The notes beneath the pieces were generated by a model. The model ran no database searches. It had not been told where the DNA came from and saw only the letters and a list, made by a program, of their open reading frames with translations. DNA of 63,620 nucleotides, filler included, from Myxococcota bacterium (lineage in GTDB: Bacteria; Myxococcota; Myxococcia; Myxococcales; Myxococcaceae): the NCBI GenBank assembly GCA_049322255.1. It is 5 parts of 5 records of this genome, joined end to end, with 100 filler letters (N's around TTAATTAATTAA, not from the genome) between each part and the next. Parts side by side here need not be neighbours in the genome. Positions count along the whole stretch, not along the records: positions 29,819 to 44,437 come from JBMORE010000107.1; positions 44,538 to 58,410 come from JBMORE010000110.1; 3 more parts are not named here. The stretch is one strand, 5' to 3'. Both the position numbers and the translations under genes were made by a program. The stretch's first letter is position 1. Every line of letters starts with the position of its first letter. Below, piece by piece: positions 38,057 through 47,502 of the stretch.

Positions 38057-38821
38057 ATGCGCATCGAAGTCGCTGGCAACACGCACGTCGGCATGAAGCG
38101 CAACCACAACGAGGACAACTACCTCCTGCTGCCGGAGGAGCAGCTCTTTTGTGTGGCCGACGGAATGGGGGGGCACTCCTCGGGGGAGATCGCCTCGAAG
38201 ATCGCGGTCGACGAGCTGGCCGAGTTCTTCAAGATGACGGCCAAGGACGCCGACGCCACCTGGCCGTACAAGATGGACAAGACGCGCAGCTACGACGAGA
38301 ACCGGCTGACCACCGGAATCAAGCTCGCCAATGTGCGCATCTTCGAGCGCGCGAGCGCTGATCAGAAGTTCAAGGGCATGGGCACCACCATCGTCACCGT
38401 GCACTTCGCTGCCGGCCACGCGTACGTCGGCCACGTGGGCGACAGCCGCGTCTATTACTTCCGCAACGGGGTGCTCAAGCAGCTCACCGAAGACCACTCG
38501 CTGCTCAATGACTACCTCAAGGCCAAGAAGCTCTCTCCGGAGGAAATCGAGGCCTTCCCCCACAAGAACGTCATCGTCCGCGCGCTGGGGATGAAGGACA
38601 CCGTGCAGGTCGACGTGAACAAGCTCGAGCCCCTCCCTGGCGACGTCTACCTGCTCTGCTCCGATGGGTTGTCGGGCATGGTCCCCGACCCGCAGATGCA
38701 AGAGGTGCTCGCTCACACGCGCGAGCTGGACAAGGCCTGTGCCCAGCTCATCGACATGGCCAACGCCGCGGGTGGCAGCGACAACGTCACCTGCGTGCTG
38801 GCCCGCATCCACGCAAACTGA
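38057..38821 (+). CDS. pph1: PP2C-type Ser/Thr phosphatase (Stp1/Pph1-like)
   Basis: RNHNED, VADGMGG, HVGDSR, CSDGL, GGSDN. Confidence 0.88.
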   Translation: MRIEVAGNTHVGMKRNHNEDNYLLLPEEQLFCVADGMGGHSSGEIASKIAVDELAEFFKMTAKDADATWPYKMDKTRSYDENRLTTGIKLANVRIFERASADQKFKGMGTTIVTVHFAAGHAYVGHVGDSRVYYFRNGVLKQLTEDHSLLNDYLKAKKLSPEEIEAFPHKNVIVRALGMKDTVQVDVNKLEPLPGDVYLLCSDGLSGMVPDPQMQEVLAHTRELDKACAQLIDMANAAGGSDNVTCVLARIHAN

Positions 38822-38823
38822 CT

Positions 38824-38845
38824 CCCTCTCCCCCTAAGGAGAGGG
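38824..38845. repeat. REP-like palindrome, copy 4, between convergent genes
   Basis: CCCTCTCC-ccctaa-GGAGAGGG fills the 24-bp gap between two stop codons. Confidence 0.7.
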
Positions 38846-39889
38846 TCACACCGGCACGACGATTCCGCTCTCCCCTTCCTCGCCCGGCAGCACCAGGCAG
38901 TCTTCCAACCGGCGGCCGGCGGGCACCTCGGCACCGTCGAGCACCGCGACCCGGTTGAGGGCCGCCCCCTCGCCGACGTGGGCGAAGCACCCCACCGAGA
39001 CACCCGCCCCCACCCGCACGTTCGCCCCCAGCTCGCACCCTTCGGCAAAGAAGGCCGGCCCGGCCACCTTCACGTCCGACAGCCAGGCCGAGGGGTGCGC
39101 CCAGAAGTTCCCCACGGTGCGCGAGGCGGTGGCGAAGGGCACGTCGTCGCCAAAGAGCGAGGTGCGTACCTGACCGTAGAGCAGGTCTTTGTGGGTGGCC
39201 GCGTAGCGCGCCGGGGTGCCCACGTCGGACCAGTAGGCGCTGCCCGGGTCGACCAGGTGGCCGCGCACCAAAAGGCCCTTTTCAATCATCCGCGGGTAGA
39301 CCTCCCGGTTGATGTCCTCGGGGCCGGAGGCGGACATGAAGTCGAACACCACAGGGCTCATCACATGCACCCCCGTGAAGTGCCACGGCGAGAGGCGGGG
39401 GCCTCCTGGGCCGATGCCGGCGATGCGCCGCACCTTCCCGTCGGGGTCGATCTCCACCGCCGCATAGCGTTCGTTCGCGGGTAGGGGCAACAAGACCATC
39501 GTCGCGTCCGCGCGGGTCGCCTCGTGCGCGGAAATCACCGGCGCCAAATCGAGCGCGAAGAGCACGTCACCATTGATGACCACGAACGTTCCGTCCCGAA
39601 AGAGCTCGCGCAATCCGCGAATTCCGCCTCCGGTACCTTGAATGACCGGCTCGTGAGCCACCGTCAGCGGCACGCCCTTTCGCTCGCACTCTCTGCGAGC
39701 GGTCATTTCCATCACCTCGGGTAGGTGATGGGTGTTGATGCCCACCGCGTCGACCCCCGCGCGCGTCACCACCGACAGGGCGTAGCGCAGCAGCGGCTGG
39801 CCGAGCAGAGGCATCGCCGGCTTGGGCCAGCGCTCGGTGAGCGGACGCAGCCGCGTGCCCAACCCGGCGCTCAAGATCATCGCTTTCAT
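38846..39889 (-). CDS. NDP-sugar pyrophosphorylase, MurU-like, with left-handed beta-helix tail
   Basis: MILSAGLGTRLRPLT...PKP, NGD, WSDVGTP; adjacent to an AmgK-like kinase. Confidence 0.85.
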   Translation of the reverse strand: MKAMILSAGLGTRLRPLTERWPKPAMPLLGQPLLRYALSVVTRAGVDAVGINTHHLPEVMEMTARRECERKGVPLTVAHEPVIQGTGGGIRGLRELFRDGTFVVINGDVLFALDLAPVISAHEATRADATMVLLPLPANERYAAVEIDPDGKVRRIAGIGPGGPRLSPWHFTGVHVMSPVVFDFMSASGPEDINREVYPRMIEKGLLVRGHLVDPGSAYWSDVGTPARYAATHKDLLYGQVRTSLFGDDVPFATASRTVGNFWAHPSAWLSDVKVAGPAFFAEGCELGANVRVGAGVSVGCFAHVGEGAALNRVAVLDGAEVPAGRRLEDCLVLPGEEGESGIVVPV

Positions 39890-39893
39890 CGCT

Positions 39894-40931
39894 TTAGGAC
39901 AGCTCGGGCACGTAACGGGCGACGATCTCACGCAGATCGGCCAGGTCGCCCCGGCGTGCCAGCGCCTCCTTCACGTAGCGCAAGGAGGAAGGAATCCACG
40001 GAAGGAAGCCGGGGTTGCCCTTCACCCGGTGGATGAACTCGAAGCGGCCCGCGTCCTTGAGCTTGCGCTGCACGGTGAGTAGCTCGAAGAAGTCCTTGAA
40101 CTCATCGGCGTCGATCTTCTCGCCGCACTCCTTCTCGAACGCGGCGATGTAGCGATCGAGCATGCGATCAACGAACGGGCGGTCGAGCTCGACGTAGCTG
40201 TCGCGCAAGAGCGCCACCAAATCGTACTGCCGCGGGCCCTGGAGCGCGTCTTGGAAGTCGATCACCACCAGCTCGCCCTCCTTCACCATGATGTTGCGGC
40301 TCTGGTAGTCGCGGTGGGTGAAGCCTCTGGGAGCGGCGGCGAGCGTCCGGGCGATGCGACGGAAGATGCGGTCGAGCTTTTCGCGCTCGGCGGCGGAGGG
40401 CTTTTGACCGCTCCAGACTTCCAGGCCCCACTCGCGGAAGTGGTGTAGCTCCCAGTCGTAGAGGTCTTCGTCGAAGGCGCGGGTGAAAGCCAGGCACCCC
40501 TGGTCGGGTGACCGCTCGGCCTTGCCGCGCAGCTGGGCGAGCAGCTCGACCGCACGGCCGTAGAGCTCGTCGCGCCGCTTGCCGCCGTCGAGGGCTTGCT
40601 CGAAGGTGAGGTCGCTCAAGTCTTCGAGCACCATCATCCCCGCCGCCTCGTCCCAGCGAAGAATCTCCGGCACCCGCACCCCGAGCTTTTTCAAGTAACG
40701 GTGCACGTTGACGAAGGGCAGCTCCTTGGGTGGCTCGCCCTTGGTCGCCTCTTCACTCTTTTGCGCGGCGGTAGGCGGTATCACCATCAGCACCCAGCTT
40801 TGGGGCGGCTGGCCCACCCGGTAATAAGAGCGGTTGCTGGCATCGCCCTTGAGCTTGACCACCGGGGCGGCGCCGGCGGGCACCCCAGTCGACTTGAAGA
40901 TTTGGTCGCGGAGCGCGGCCGTCAGATCCAT
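39894..40931 (-). CDS. AmgK-like phosphotransferase (APH family)
   Basis: GDASNRSYYR, HRDYQSRNIM, IDFQDA, YDLVALLRD. Confidence 0.88.
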   Translation of the reverse strand: MDLTAALRDQIFKSTGVPAGAAPVVKLKGDASNRSYYRVGQPPQSWVLMVIPPTAAQKSEEATKGEPPKELPFVNVHRYLKKLGVRVPEILRWDEAAGMMVLEDLSDLTFEQALDGGKRRDELYGRAVELLAQLRGKAERSPDQGCLAFTRAFDEDLYDWELHHFREWGLEVWSGQKPSAAEREKLDRIFRRIARTLAAAPRGFTHRDYQSRNIMVKEGELVVIDFQDALQGPRQYDLVALLRDSYVELDRPFVDRMLDRYIAAFEKECGEKIDADEFKDFFELLTVQRKLKDAGRFEFIHRVKGNPGFLPWIPSSLRYVKEALARRGDLADLREIVARYVPELS

Positions 40932-40940
40932 GGAGTGTCT

Positions 40941-41807
40941 TCAGCGCTCGCGGCGCAAGGGGAGCAAATCGTACGGCAGCGCGAGCAGCGTCGGGAAGCG
41001 GTGCACCATCGGCGGAATGGAGCGCAGCGACGCCTCGCCAAAACCCCGAGAAGCCACGACCACCACCACCGGCTCGCCCGCGTCATTTTTGCCCGGACCC
41101 ACGCGATGAATGCCGCGCACCCCGAAGAGCAGCCGAATCGTCTCTTCGACTGCCGCCGCCAGCTCCGGGTCTTCCTTGTCTTCGGCGTGGCCCTCCTGGT
41201 GCGCGTCTTCGCGGAAATAGACGCCGGCATCTTGCGCCGCGTGGAGCAAGGACATCGCGTCGGGCGGCTTGCCCAGCCGAGGGGTGGTGGAATGGAGCGC
41301 CTGGGCCAACGACTGCACCGCGGTGACTCCTTCAGCCCTCTCCGTCCCCACCGACACCGGGATCGGCTTCGTCTGGGGGGTCTCAAACCCGTCCGACGCC
41401 TTCTTCGGCGGCGGCGCCGGCTTGGGCAGCTGCTTCTTGGGCGGAGCCTTCTGACCGAACGAGAAGAGCGCGTCGTGCTTCTTCTCGACCCGCTCCTTGT
41501 GCTGGTGTTCTTCGTCGCGGGCGAGCTTCTCTTCCCGGTCGTCGGCGTGCACGTCGACGTGGTGGTCTTCCGAGCGCTTCTCCAGCTCGCGCAGCAGCTC
41601 GTGCTGGGTCATCTCCGGCTCCCGGCCGGCGACGAGCGCCCCCTCGGCGTTCTCCATGCCGTCTTGGGTCTCGAGGGCCTTGACCTTGTTCGGCTTGGCT
41701 TTCTCCGAGCGCTCGAGGCTTCGCGAACGTCGGGGCCGGTCGGGCCGCGCGGAGCGGGCGGGAGCCTTCGACTGGGGCCCGGCTGCTTTCGGAGGAACCT
41801 TGGTCAC
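40941..41807 (-). CDS. Hypothetical protein (charged N-terminus, globular C-terminus)
   Basis: Long ORF with typical GC3 bias, co-oriented with the amgK-like gene. Confidence 0.7.
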   Translation of the reverse strand: MTKVPPKAAGPQSKAPARSARPDRPRRSRSLERSEKAKPNKVKALETQDGMENAEGALVAGREPEMTQHELLRELEKRSEDHHVDVHADDREEKLARDEEHQHKERVEKKHDALFSFGQKAPPKKQLPKPAPPPKKASDGFETPQTKPIPVSVGTERAEGVTAVQSLAQALHSTTPRLGKPPDAMSLLHAAQDAGVYFREDAHQEGHAEDKEDPELAAAVEETIRLLFGVRGIHRVGPGKNDAGEPVVVVVASRGFGEASLRSIPPMVHRFPTLLALPYDLLPLRRER

Positions 41808-41832
41808 GGGGGCGCTATCTTACGGCGCCTGC

Positions 41833-42057
41833 ATGCCGGCGGAATACGGAAAGCGAGACTACGGGCGCTGCCCGTGCAGCGGCCAGTACGAGAACCGCTT
41901 CGTGGAAGTTCGCATGACCGTCAACGGCAAGGTGGTGGTGTTGACCGACGTGCCCCAGGGCGCCTGTCCGCTGTGCGGCTCTCGCGTCTACAAGGCCGAG
42001 GTGCTGGAGCGCATCGAGTCGCTGATGAAAGGCGAGCGCTTCATGAAGGCCAACTGA
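41833..42057 (+). CDS. YgiT-type zinc finger protein
   Basis: CPC...VVVLTDVPQGACPLCGSRVY. Confidence 0.8.
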   Translation: MPAEYGKRDYGRCPCSGQYENRFVEVRMTVNGKVVVLTDVPQGACPLCGSRVYKAEVLERIESLMKGERFMKAN

Positions 42058-42083
42058 CGGCCGCCGCCTGCTATACAGCGGCC

Positions 42084-43448
42084 ATGCAAGTCCACGAGAG
42101 CATTCTCACCGCCATCGGCAAGACCCCGCTGGTCAAGCTCCAGAAGCTGGTCGGCCCCAACGACGCCACGGTGCTCGTCAAGTGCGAGTTCATGAACCCG
42201 GGCGGCTCGATCAAAGACCGCATGGCGCTCCACATTCTGGAGAAGGCGGAGCGGGCGGGGAAGCTTCGGCCGGGGGGCACCATCGTGGAGAACACCTCGG
42301 GCAACACCGGCATGGGGGTGGCGCTCGCGGCGGCGGTGAAGGGTTACCGCTGCATCTTCACCATGCCCGACAAGATGTCGACCGAGAAAATCAACCGCCT
42401 CAAGGCGCTGGGGGCGCAGGTGATCGTCACCCCCACCAACGTCCCCGCAGACGACCCCAAGAGCTACTACGAGACCGCCAAGCGCATCGCCCGCGAAACG
42501 CCCAACAGCTTCTATTTGAACCAGTACCACAACCCCGACAACATCGAGGCCCACTATGTCACCACCGGCCCGGAGATTTGGGAGCAGACGGAAGGCCGCC
42601 TCGACTACTTCGTCGCCGGCCTGGGCACCGGCGGCACGATGAGCGGCGCCGGCCGGTATCTCAAGGAGAAGAACAAGGCGATCAAGAACGTGGGGGTCGA
42701 CCCCATCGGCTCGGTCTACGAGGGCTATTTCAAGACCGGCAAGATGCCTCCGCCGCACGTGTACAAGGTCGAAGGCATCGGCGAGGACATGCTCTGCAAG
42801 GCGATGGACTTTACCGTGCTCGACGACGTGCGCCAGGTCGACGACAAGCAGTGCTTCGTCGCCGCCCGCCGTCTCGCCCGCGAAGAAGGCATCTTCGCCG
42901 GAGGCTCCTCGGGCGCCGCGGTGCACGTCGCCGTGGAGCTGGCCAAGGAAGTCGGCAAGGGGAAAACCATCGTCACCGTGCTCCCCGACTCCGGCGGAAG
43001 CTACATCTCCAAGTTCTATTCGGATGAGTGGATGCGCGACAACGGCTTCCTCGACGAGCGCGGGCCCGGCACGGTGCGCGACCTCATGCTGGCAAAGAAA
43101 GGTCCGGTGCACGCGGCGAAGAAGGGCGACCGCATCGGCGACATCATCGAGAACATGAAGCGCCACGGCATCAGCCAAATGCCGGTGGTGGCCGCCGACG
43201 GCGCCGCCGAGGGGATGATTCACGAGTACGACTTACTCAATGCGCTCATCACCGGCGCGGTGAAGCTCTCCGACCCCATCGACCCCATCATCGCGCCTCT
43301 GCAGGGCGTGGTGACCCCCGACACCTCGATTGCCAAGCTGCGCGAAGTCTTCGCCCAGGACAACGTGGCGGTGGTGCGCGAGGGCCAGAAGGTGACCGCC
43401 ATCGTCACCAAAATCGACCTCATCGAGTTCCTCGCCAACCGCGGCTGA
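42084..43448 (+). CDS. Cystathionine beta-synthase with CBS domains
   Basis: NPGGSIKDR PLP lysine, TSGNTG, GTGGT; C-terminal CBS pair. Confidence 0.92.
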   Translation: MQVHESILTAIGKTPLVKLQKLVGPNDATVLVKCEFMNPGGSIKDRMALHILEKAERAGKLRPGGTIVENTSGNTGMGVALAAAVKGYRCIFTMPDKMSTEKINRLKALGAQVIVTPTNVPADDPKSYYETAKRIARETPNSFYLNQYHNPDNIEAHYVTTGPEIWEQTEGRLDYFVAGLGTGGTMSGAGRYLKEKNKAIKNVGVDPIGSVYEGYFKTGKMPPPHVYKVEGIGEDMLCKAMDFTVLDDVRQVDDKQCFVAARRLAREEGIFAGGSSGAAVHVAVELAKEVGKGKTIVTVLPDSGGSYISKFYSDEWMRDNGFLDERGPGTVRDLMLAKKGPVHAAKKGDRIGDIIENMKRHGISQMPVVAADGAAEGMIHEYDLLNALITGAVKLSDPIDPIIAPLQGVVTPDTSIAKLREVFAQDNVAVVREGQKVTAIVTKIDLIEFLANRG

Positions 43449-43474
43449 CCCGCACCCTGAAACCGCGGTAGAAT

Positions 43475-44437
43475 TTGGCTGCTGTGACGCGCACTTTCGC
43501 CTACATCTCCCTCCTCGGAGCTGTCCTCGGCGGCTGCTCGAAGAGCGCGACCAGCTCCGTGGGGGTCACTGTGCGGTTCTCGCAATCTTCTCGCGCGACC
43601 TGCGTGCGGGTGGTTGCTACCTCAGCGAGCGGCTTTCAGCAGATGACCGAACCTATCCCTCGCCACGACCGCGCGGAGGTGACGGTAGGCGTCTTCCCCA
43701 GCGACCAGCTGAGCGGAGAGATTTCCCTCCAAGCGCGCGGGTATGTGGGCTGCGAGGAACCTCTGCTGACCAACGAGGAGAGCGCGGCTCAGACGGTGGC
43801 CTTCGGGCCGGGAGTGAGGAAGGTGACATTGGTCCTCACCGGAGCCGATTCGTCGAGCGACGCCGATCGCGACGGCTACCGGGCAGCTGCGACCGGAGGC
43901 CCCGACTGCGACGACGCCAACCCCGAGGTGCATCCGGGCCAGACTGAGAACTGCACCAATGGCATCGACGACGACTGCTCGCAAACCGCCGACTGTGCCG
44001 ATCCCTCCTGCGCCAACGCGAGTTGCGCAAGCGGCGACCTGTGCACCACCGGTGCGGTTTGTACCAGCGAGAGGGTTTGCGCCGGAACGCTGAAGGCCTG
44101 CAACACGCCGCCAGGGGAGTGCCACCAATCGCAAGGCAGCTGCGATCCGTCGACCGGCAATTGTCAGTACGTGGTGAACGTCGGGGGAGTCTGCTCCACC
44201 GGCATCTGCCGCAGCGACGGCGTCTGCGTGCCGCCCAATACCGAGGTGCTCTGCGGGGACGGGCTGGACAACGATGGGGACAACCAGACCGACTGCCTCG
44301 ATCCCGATTGCGATGCCCAGACGTGCTCAGACGGCAACCTTTGCACTACGGGGGACTCCTGCACCAACAGCGCCTGCGCTCCCGGAACGCCGGTGACGTG
44401 CACCACGCCGCCGAGCGCTTGTTTCGTCTCTCCAGGC
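43475..44437 (+). CDS. Cys-rich lipoprotein with putative metal-binding (MopE-like) repeat; truncated by gap
   Basis: LGGC lipobox; DADRDGY...DCDDANPEVHPG...CTNGIDDDC; CGDGLDNDGD. Confidence 0.8.
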
Positions 44438-44537
44438 NNNNNNNNNNNNNNNNNNNNNNNNNNNNNNNNNNNNNNNNNNNNTTAATTAATTAANNNNNNN
44501 NNNNNNNNNNNNNNNNNNNNNNNNNNNNNNNNNNNNN
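44438..44537. other. Artificial contig linker
   Basis: N-run + TTAATTAATTAA + N-run. Confidence 0.99.
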
Positions 44538-44908
44538 GCGGCGCAGTGCGGTACGCGGTCAGCCTCGAGCTGAGCCCCGTCACGTTCTGCCACTGTTCGA
44601 AGTGCCGTCGCTGGCATGGTCACGTCGGGGCCTATACGGCCGTCGACCGACCGGGGTTTCAACTCACCGAGCAGCGCGGGCTCAGGTGGTACGCAGCGTC
44701 TGCCACCGTGCGGCGGGGCTTCTGCGGCGAGTGCGGGTCGAGTCTCTTTTGGGACGAAGATGGAGTGCCGAAGATGTCGATCTGTGCGGGCACCCTTGAT
44801 GCGCCGACCGGGCTGAAGCCCAAGGCGCACATCTATTTGGGAAGCAAAGGCGACTATTACGACGTGCCCGATGACCTCCTCTTACGGCGGGAAGAGCTCA
44901 CCCGCTGA
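44538..44908 (+). CDS. GFA family protein (5' cut by gap)
   Basis: CHCSKCRR and RGFCGECGSSLF. Confidence 0.88.
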
Positions 44909-44945
44909 AAGCTCGAAGTTGACCGCCGTCGCCGCTCCGTGGCGC

Positions 44946-45341
44946 TTACACCGAAACAACGGTCAAACTGGCGTCCAGCCGGCGAAGGTCATCGAGATCA
45001 CTGGTCACGACGACGCGCCCGTTCGCCCATGCGGCCACGACGACAGATGCATCAACCACGTCGGAGGTTCCGCTCTTGCCGCAGAGCTGGCCAACGACCT
45101 GAGCGCGGGTGCGGGTCAGGTCCTCCACCGTCACGTTGTTACCACTCAGGAGAATGGCCAAACGTGCCCGACGTGTTCCGCTGCCACGCCACGCCTGGGC
45201 TAGTACTCCCGCGGGTATCACGATGGGCCGACCGAGGTCTTTGGCCCGCTGGACCAACACGTTGATGCGCCTGTCACCGGCCTCGAAAGCCACGAGCGCG
45301 CCCGTGTCGAACGTTAACCCTGGAGGATTCGGTCTGCCCAC
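44946..45341 (-). CDS. vapC: PIN-domain (VapC) toxin
   Basis: LTFDTGAL...DVVDASVV...VTSDLDDL; overlaps the antitoxin end. Confidence 0.85.
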   Translation of the reverse strand: MGRPNPPGLTFDTGALVAFEAGDRRINVLVQRAKDLGRPIVIPAGVLAQAWRGSGTRRARLAILLSGNNVTVEDLTRTRAQVVGQLCGKSGTSDVVDASVVVAAWANGRVVVTSDLDDLRRLDASLTVVSV

Positions 45342-45586
45342 GCGCGTTCCTTTTTCGTCATGGACCGCTCCCGCCAAACTTCGTCGAGGACCTCCTGCAA
45401 GCGGTCCCTCTCGAGCTTCTCTTCGACTGCGTCTGAAACGAAGGCGCTGACCGATGGGAAATGTTGCGCACGAACCTCGCTCTCGACCGCTTCGACGAGG
45501 TCGGCGGGAACGGACACCGCAAGCTTTCGGCAACTGCGCGTGGTTCGACGACGCCTGACGCCACTGACGGCACGCTTGGAAGTCAT
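45314..45586 (-). CDS. vapB: RHH/CopG-type antitoxin
   Basis: KLAVSVPADLV...SVSAFVSDAV; upstream of the PIN gene. Confidence 0.8.
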   Translation of the reverse strand: MTSKRAVSGVRRRRTTRSCRKLAVSVPADLVEAVESEVRAQHFPSVSAFVSDAVEEKLERDRLQEVLDEVWRERSMTKKERAWADRILQG

Positions 45587-45618
45587 ACTCGGATACTACC
45601 TACTGACGACGCCGTTGA

Positions 45619-46632
45619 CTATGATGTGGCAGCGAGGGCGGCGATCACCGCATCGGTGAATTCAGCGGTGCTCGCCTTCCCGCCCAAATCCCCGGTGCGC
45701 ACTTTGCCCTCCGCATAGACCTTGAGAATGGCTGTCTCCAGCCGAGCGGCCTCGGTGGGCATCGAGAGCCAGCGCAGCATCATCACTGCGCTCATCAAGA
45801 GCGCGGTGGGGTTGGCCAGCCCTTTCCCCGCGATATCCGGCGCAGTCCCGTGCACCGCCTCGAAGATGGCGCAGCTCTCGCCGATGTTCGCTCCCGGCAC
45901 CAACCCCAAGCCGCCCACCAAGCCGGCGCACAGGTCGGAGACGATGTCTCCGTACAGGTTGGGCAACAGGAGCAGGTCGTACTTCTCCGGGTTCTTCACC
46001 AACTGCATGCACAGGTTGTCGACGATGACTTCCTCGTAAGCGACGTCGGCGAACTCGCGCGCCACCTTGCGGCAGCACTCCAGGAACAGCCCGTCGGAGA
46101 GCTTCATGATGTTCGCCTTGTGCACCGCGCTCACCTTCTTGCGGCCCAGCTTCCTGGCGTGCTCGAAGGCGAAGCGGGCGATGCGTGTCGAGGCCTTCTC
46201 CGAGATGATCTTCAGGCTCTCCACCACTCCGGGGACGACGATGTGCTCCAGGCCGGCGTAGAGGTCTTCGGTGTTCTCCCGCACCACCACCAAGTCCACG
46301 TTCTCGTAGCGGGTCTTCACCCCGGGCACCGACACCACCGGACGCAGCGACGCGTACAGCTCGAGCGACTTGCGCAGCGCCACGTTGGCCGACTGCGGCC
46401 CGCCGCCAATGGTGGTTCCGGTGGGCCCCTTCAAGGCCACCCCGTTGCGCATCACCGACTCCACGGTCTCCCGGGGCAAGTTGGTACCGTAGCGGTGGAG
46501 CACCTCGGCGCCCGCCTCGCACCGCTCGTACTCCAAGGGCGCCCCCAATGCCTCGAGCACCTTCACCGTGGCCTCGACCACCTCGGGGCCGATGCCGTCG
46601 CCGTTGATCAGCGTCACCTTGCGCTTGCTCAT
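45619..46632 (-). CDS. Isocitrate/isopropylmalate dehydrogenase family (NAD-IDH-like)
   Basis: GDGIGPE, RENTEDLY, HKANIMK, NLYGDIVSDL, EAVHGTAPDIAGK. Confidence 0.9.
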   Translation of the reverse strand: MSKRKVTLINGDGIGPEVVEATVKVLEALGAPLEYERCEAGAEVLHRYGTNLPRETVESVMRNGVALKGPTGTTIGGGPQSANVALRKSLELYASLRPVVSVPGVKTRYENVDLVVVRENTEDLYAGLEHIVVPGVVESLKIISEKASTRIARFAFEHARKLGRKKVSAVHKANIMKLSDGLFLECCRKVAREFADVAYEEVIVDNLCMQLVKNPEKYDLLLLPNLYGDIVSDLCAGLVGGLGLVPGANIGESCAIFEAVHGTAPDIAGKGLANPTALLMSAVMMLRWLSMPTEAARLETAILKVYAEGKVRTGDLGGKASTAEFTDAVIAALAATS

Positions 46633-46666
46633 GGCGCGCTCTTACCACCCCTTTAAGGCACGGGGG

Positions 46667-47407
46667 TTACGCCGGTTGGCGCGGCCGAACCCGTTCGCGC
46701 GGTGGCAGCTCGTAGGGGCGGTAGAACGCCTCCCACAGCGAACGAGACGTTCGCGGACGCGTGCGCAGCTCACCCAGCGGCGGGCGGGCGAAGCGCGAGA
46801 TGATGAACAGGCTCAAGAAGAGGAACGTGACTAGGAGGAGCAAGAGCGTCACCACGTGCCCAGGCAAGGGGCCGATGTGGGCCCGCTGGAAAAACGCGTC
46901 GAGCGAGGGCACCGGGTGTGGGTGGCTGAAGACCTTCACGAACCAGCTCACCAGGAGCACGACCAGGAGCGAGCCGTAGGCGCGGGAGAGGCGCTGTTGC
47001 AACGCGGCGGCGAAGGTGAGCTGAATCTGCGGGCGTTCAAGCTCGACTGCCAGCTCGCGCAGCGCGTCGGGGTCGACCGGCTCGCGTCGCAAGAGCGGAG
47101 CCCAGAAGCCGTCCTCGAGCAGGCGTACCCGACGAATCCACAGGTCGTAGTACCGGTAACGCCGCGTCTCGATGTACAGGAAGGTGAGCACCATCCACAG
47201 CCCTACCAAAATCACCACGTGGCTGGAGCTGACGCTGCCGAAGCTGAAGGAGATTACCGCGGCGGTGGTGGTGAGCGCCCAGTTGGTGGTGGTATCGAGC
47301 CGGGTGCGCCAACGATCCGAGCGGCCGAGCTCGCCCCGGTAAAGCTGAGACATCGTCGACTCCGAAAGCCAGCCCGCTCGCAGCTCCTGGTTTCCTCGCG
47401 CGTTCAT
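46667..47407 (-). CDS. DUF2270 membrane protein
   Basis: LYRGELGRSDRWRTRLDTTTNWA, ETRRYRYYD. Confidence 0.88.
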   Translation of the reverse strand: MNARGNQELRAGWLSESTMSQLYRGELGRSDRWRTRLDTTTNWALTTTAAVISFSFGSVSSSHVVILVGLWMVLTFLYIETRRYRYYDLWIRRVRLLEDGFWAPLLRREPVDPDALRELAVELERPQIQLTFAAALQQRLSRAYGSLLVVLLVSWFVKVFSHPHPVPSLDAFFQRAHIGPLPGHVVTLLLLLVTFLFLSLFIISRFARPPLGELRTRPRTSRSLWEAFYRPYELPPRERVRPRQPA

Positions 47408-47502
47408 CGTCTTTCGCAGTCAACTTGGATAGCGGGCGGTGGGGAATCAACCGGGCGAAGGGGCTGGCCAAGGATACGGGCAATGTCCAACTTCCCACAC
47501 GC

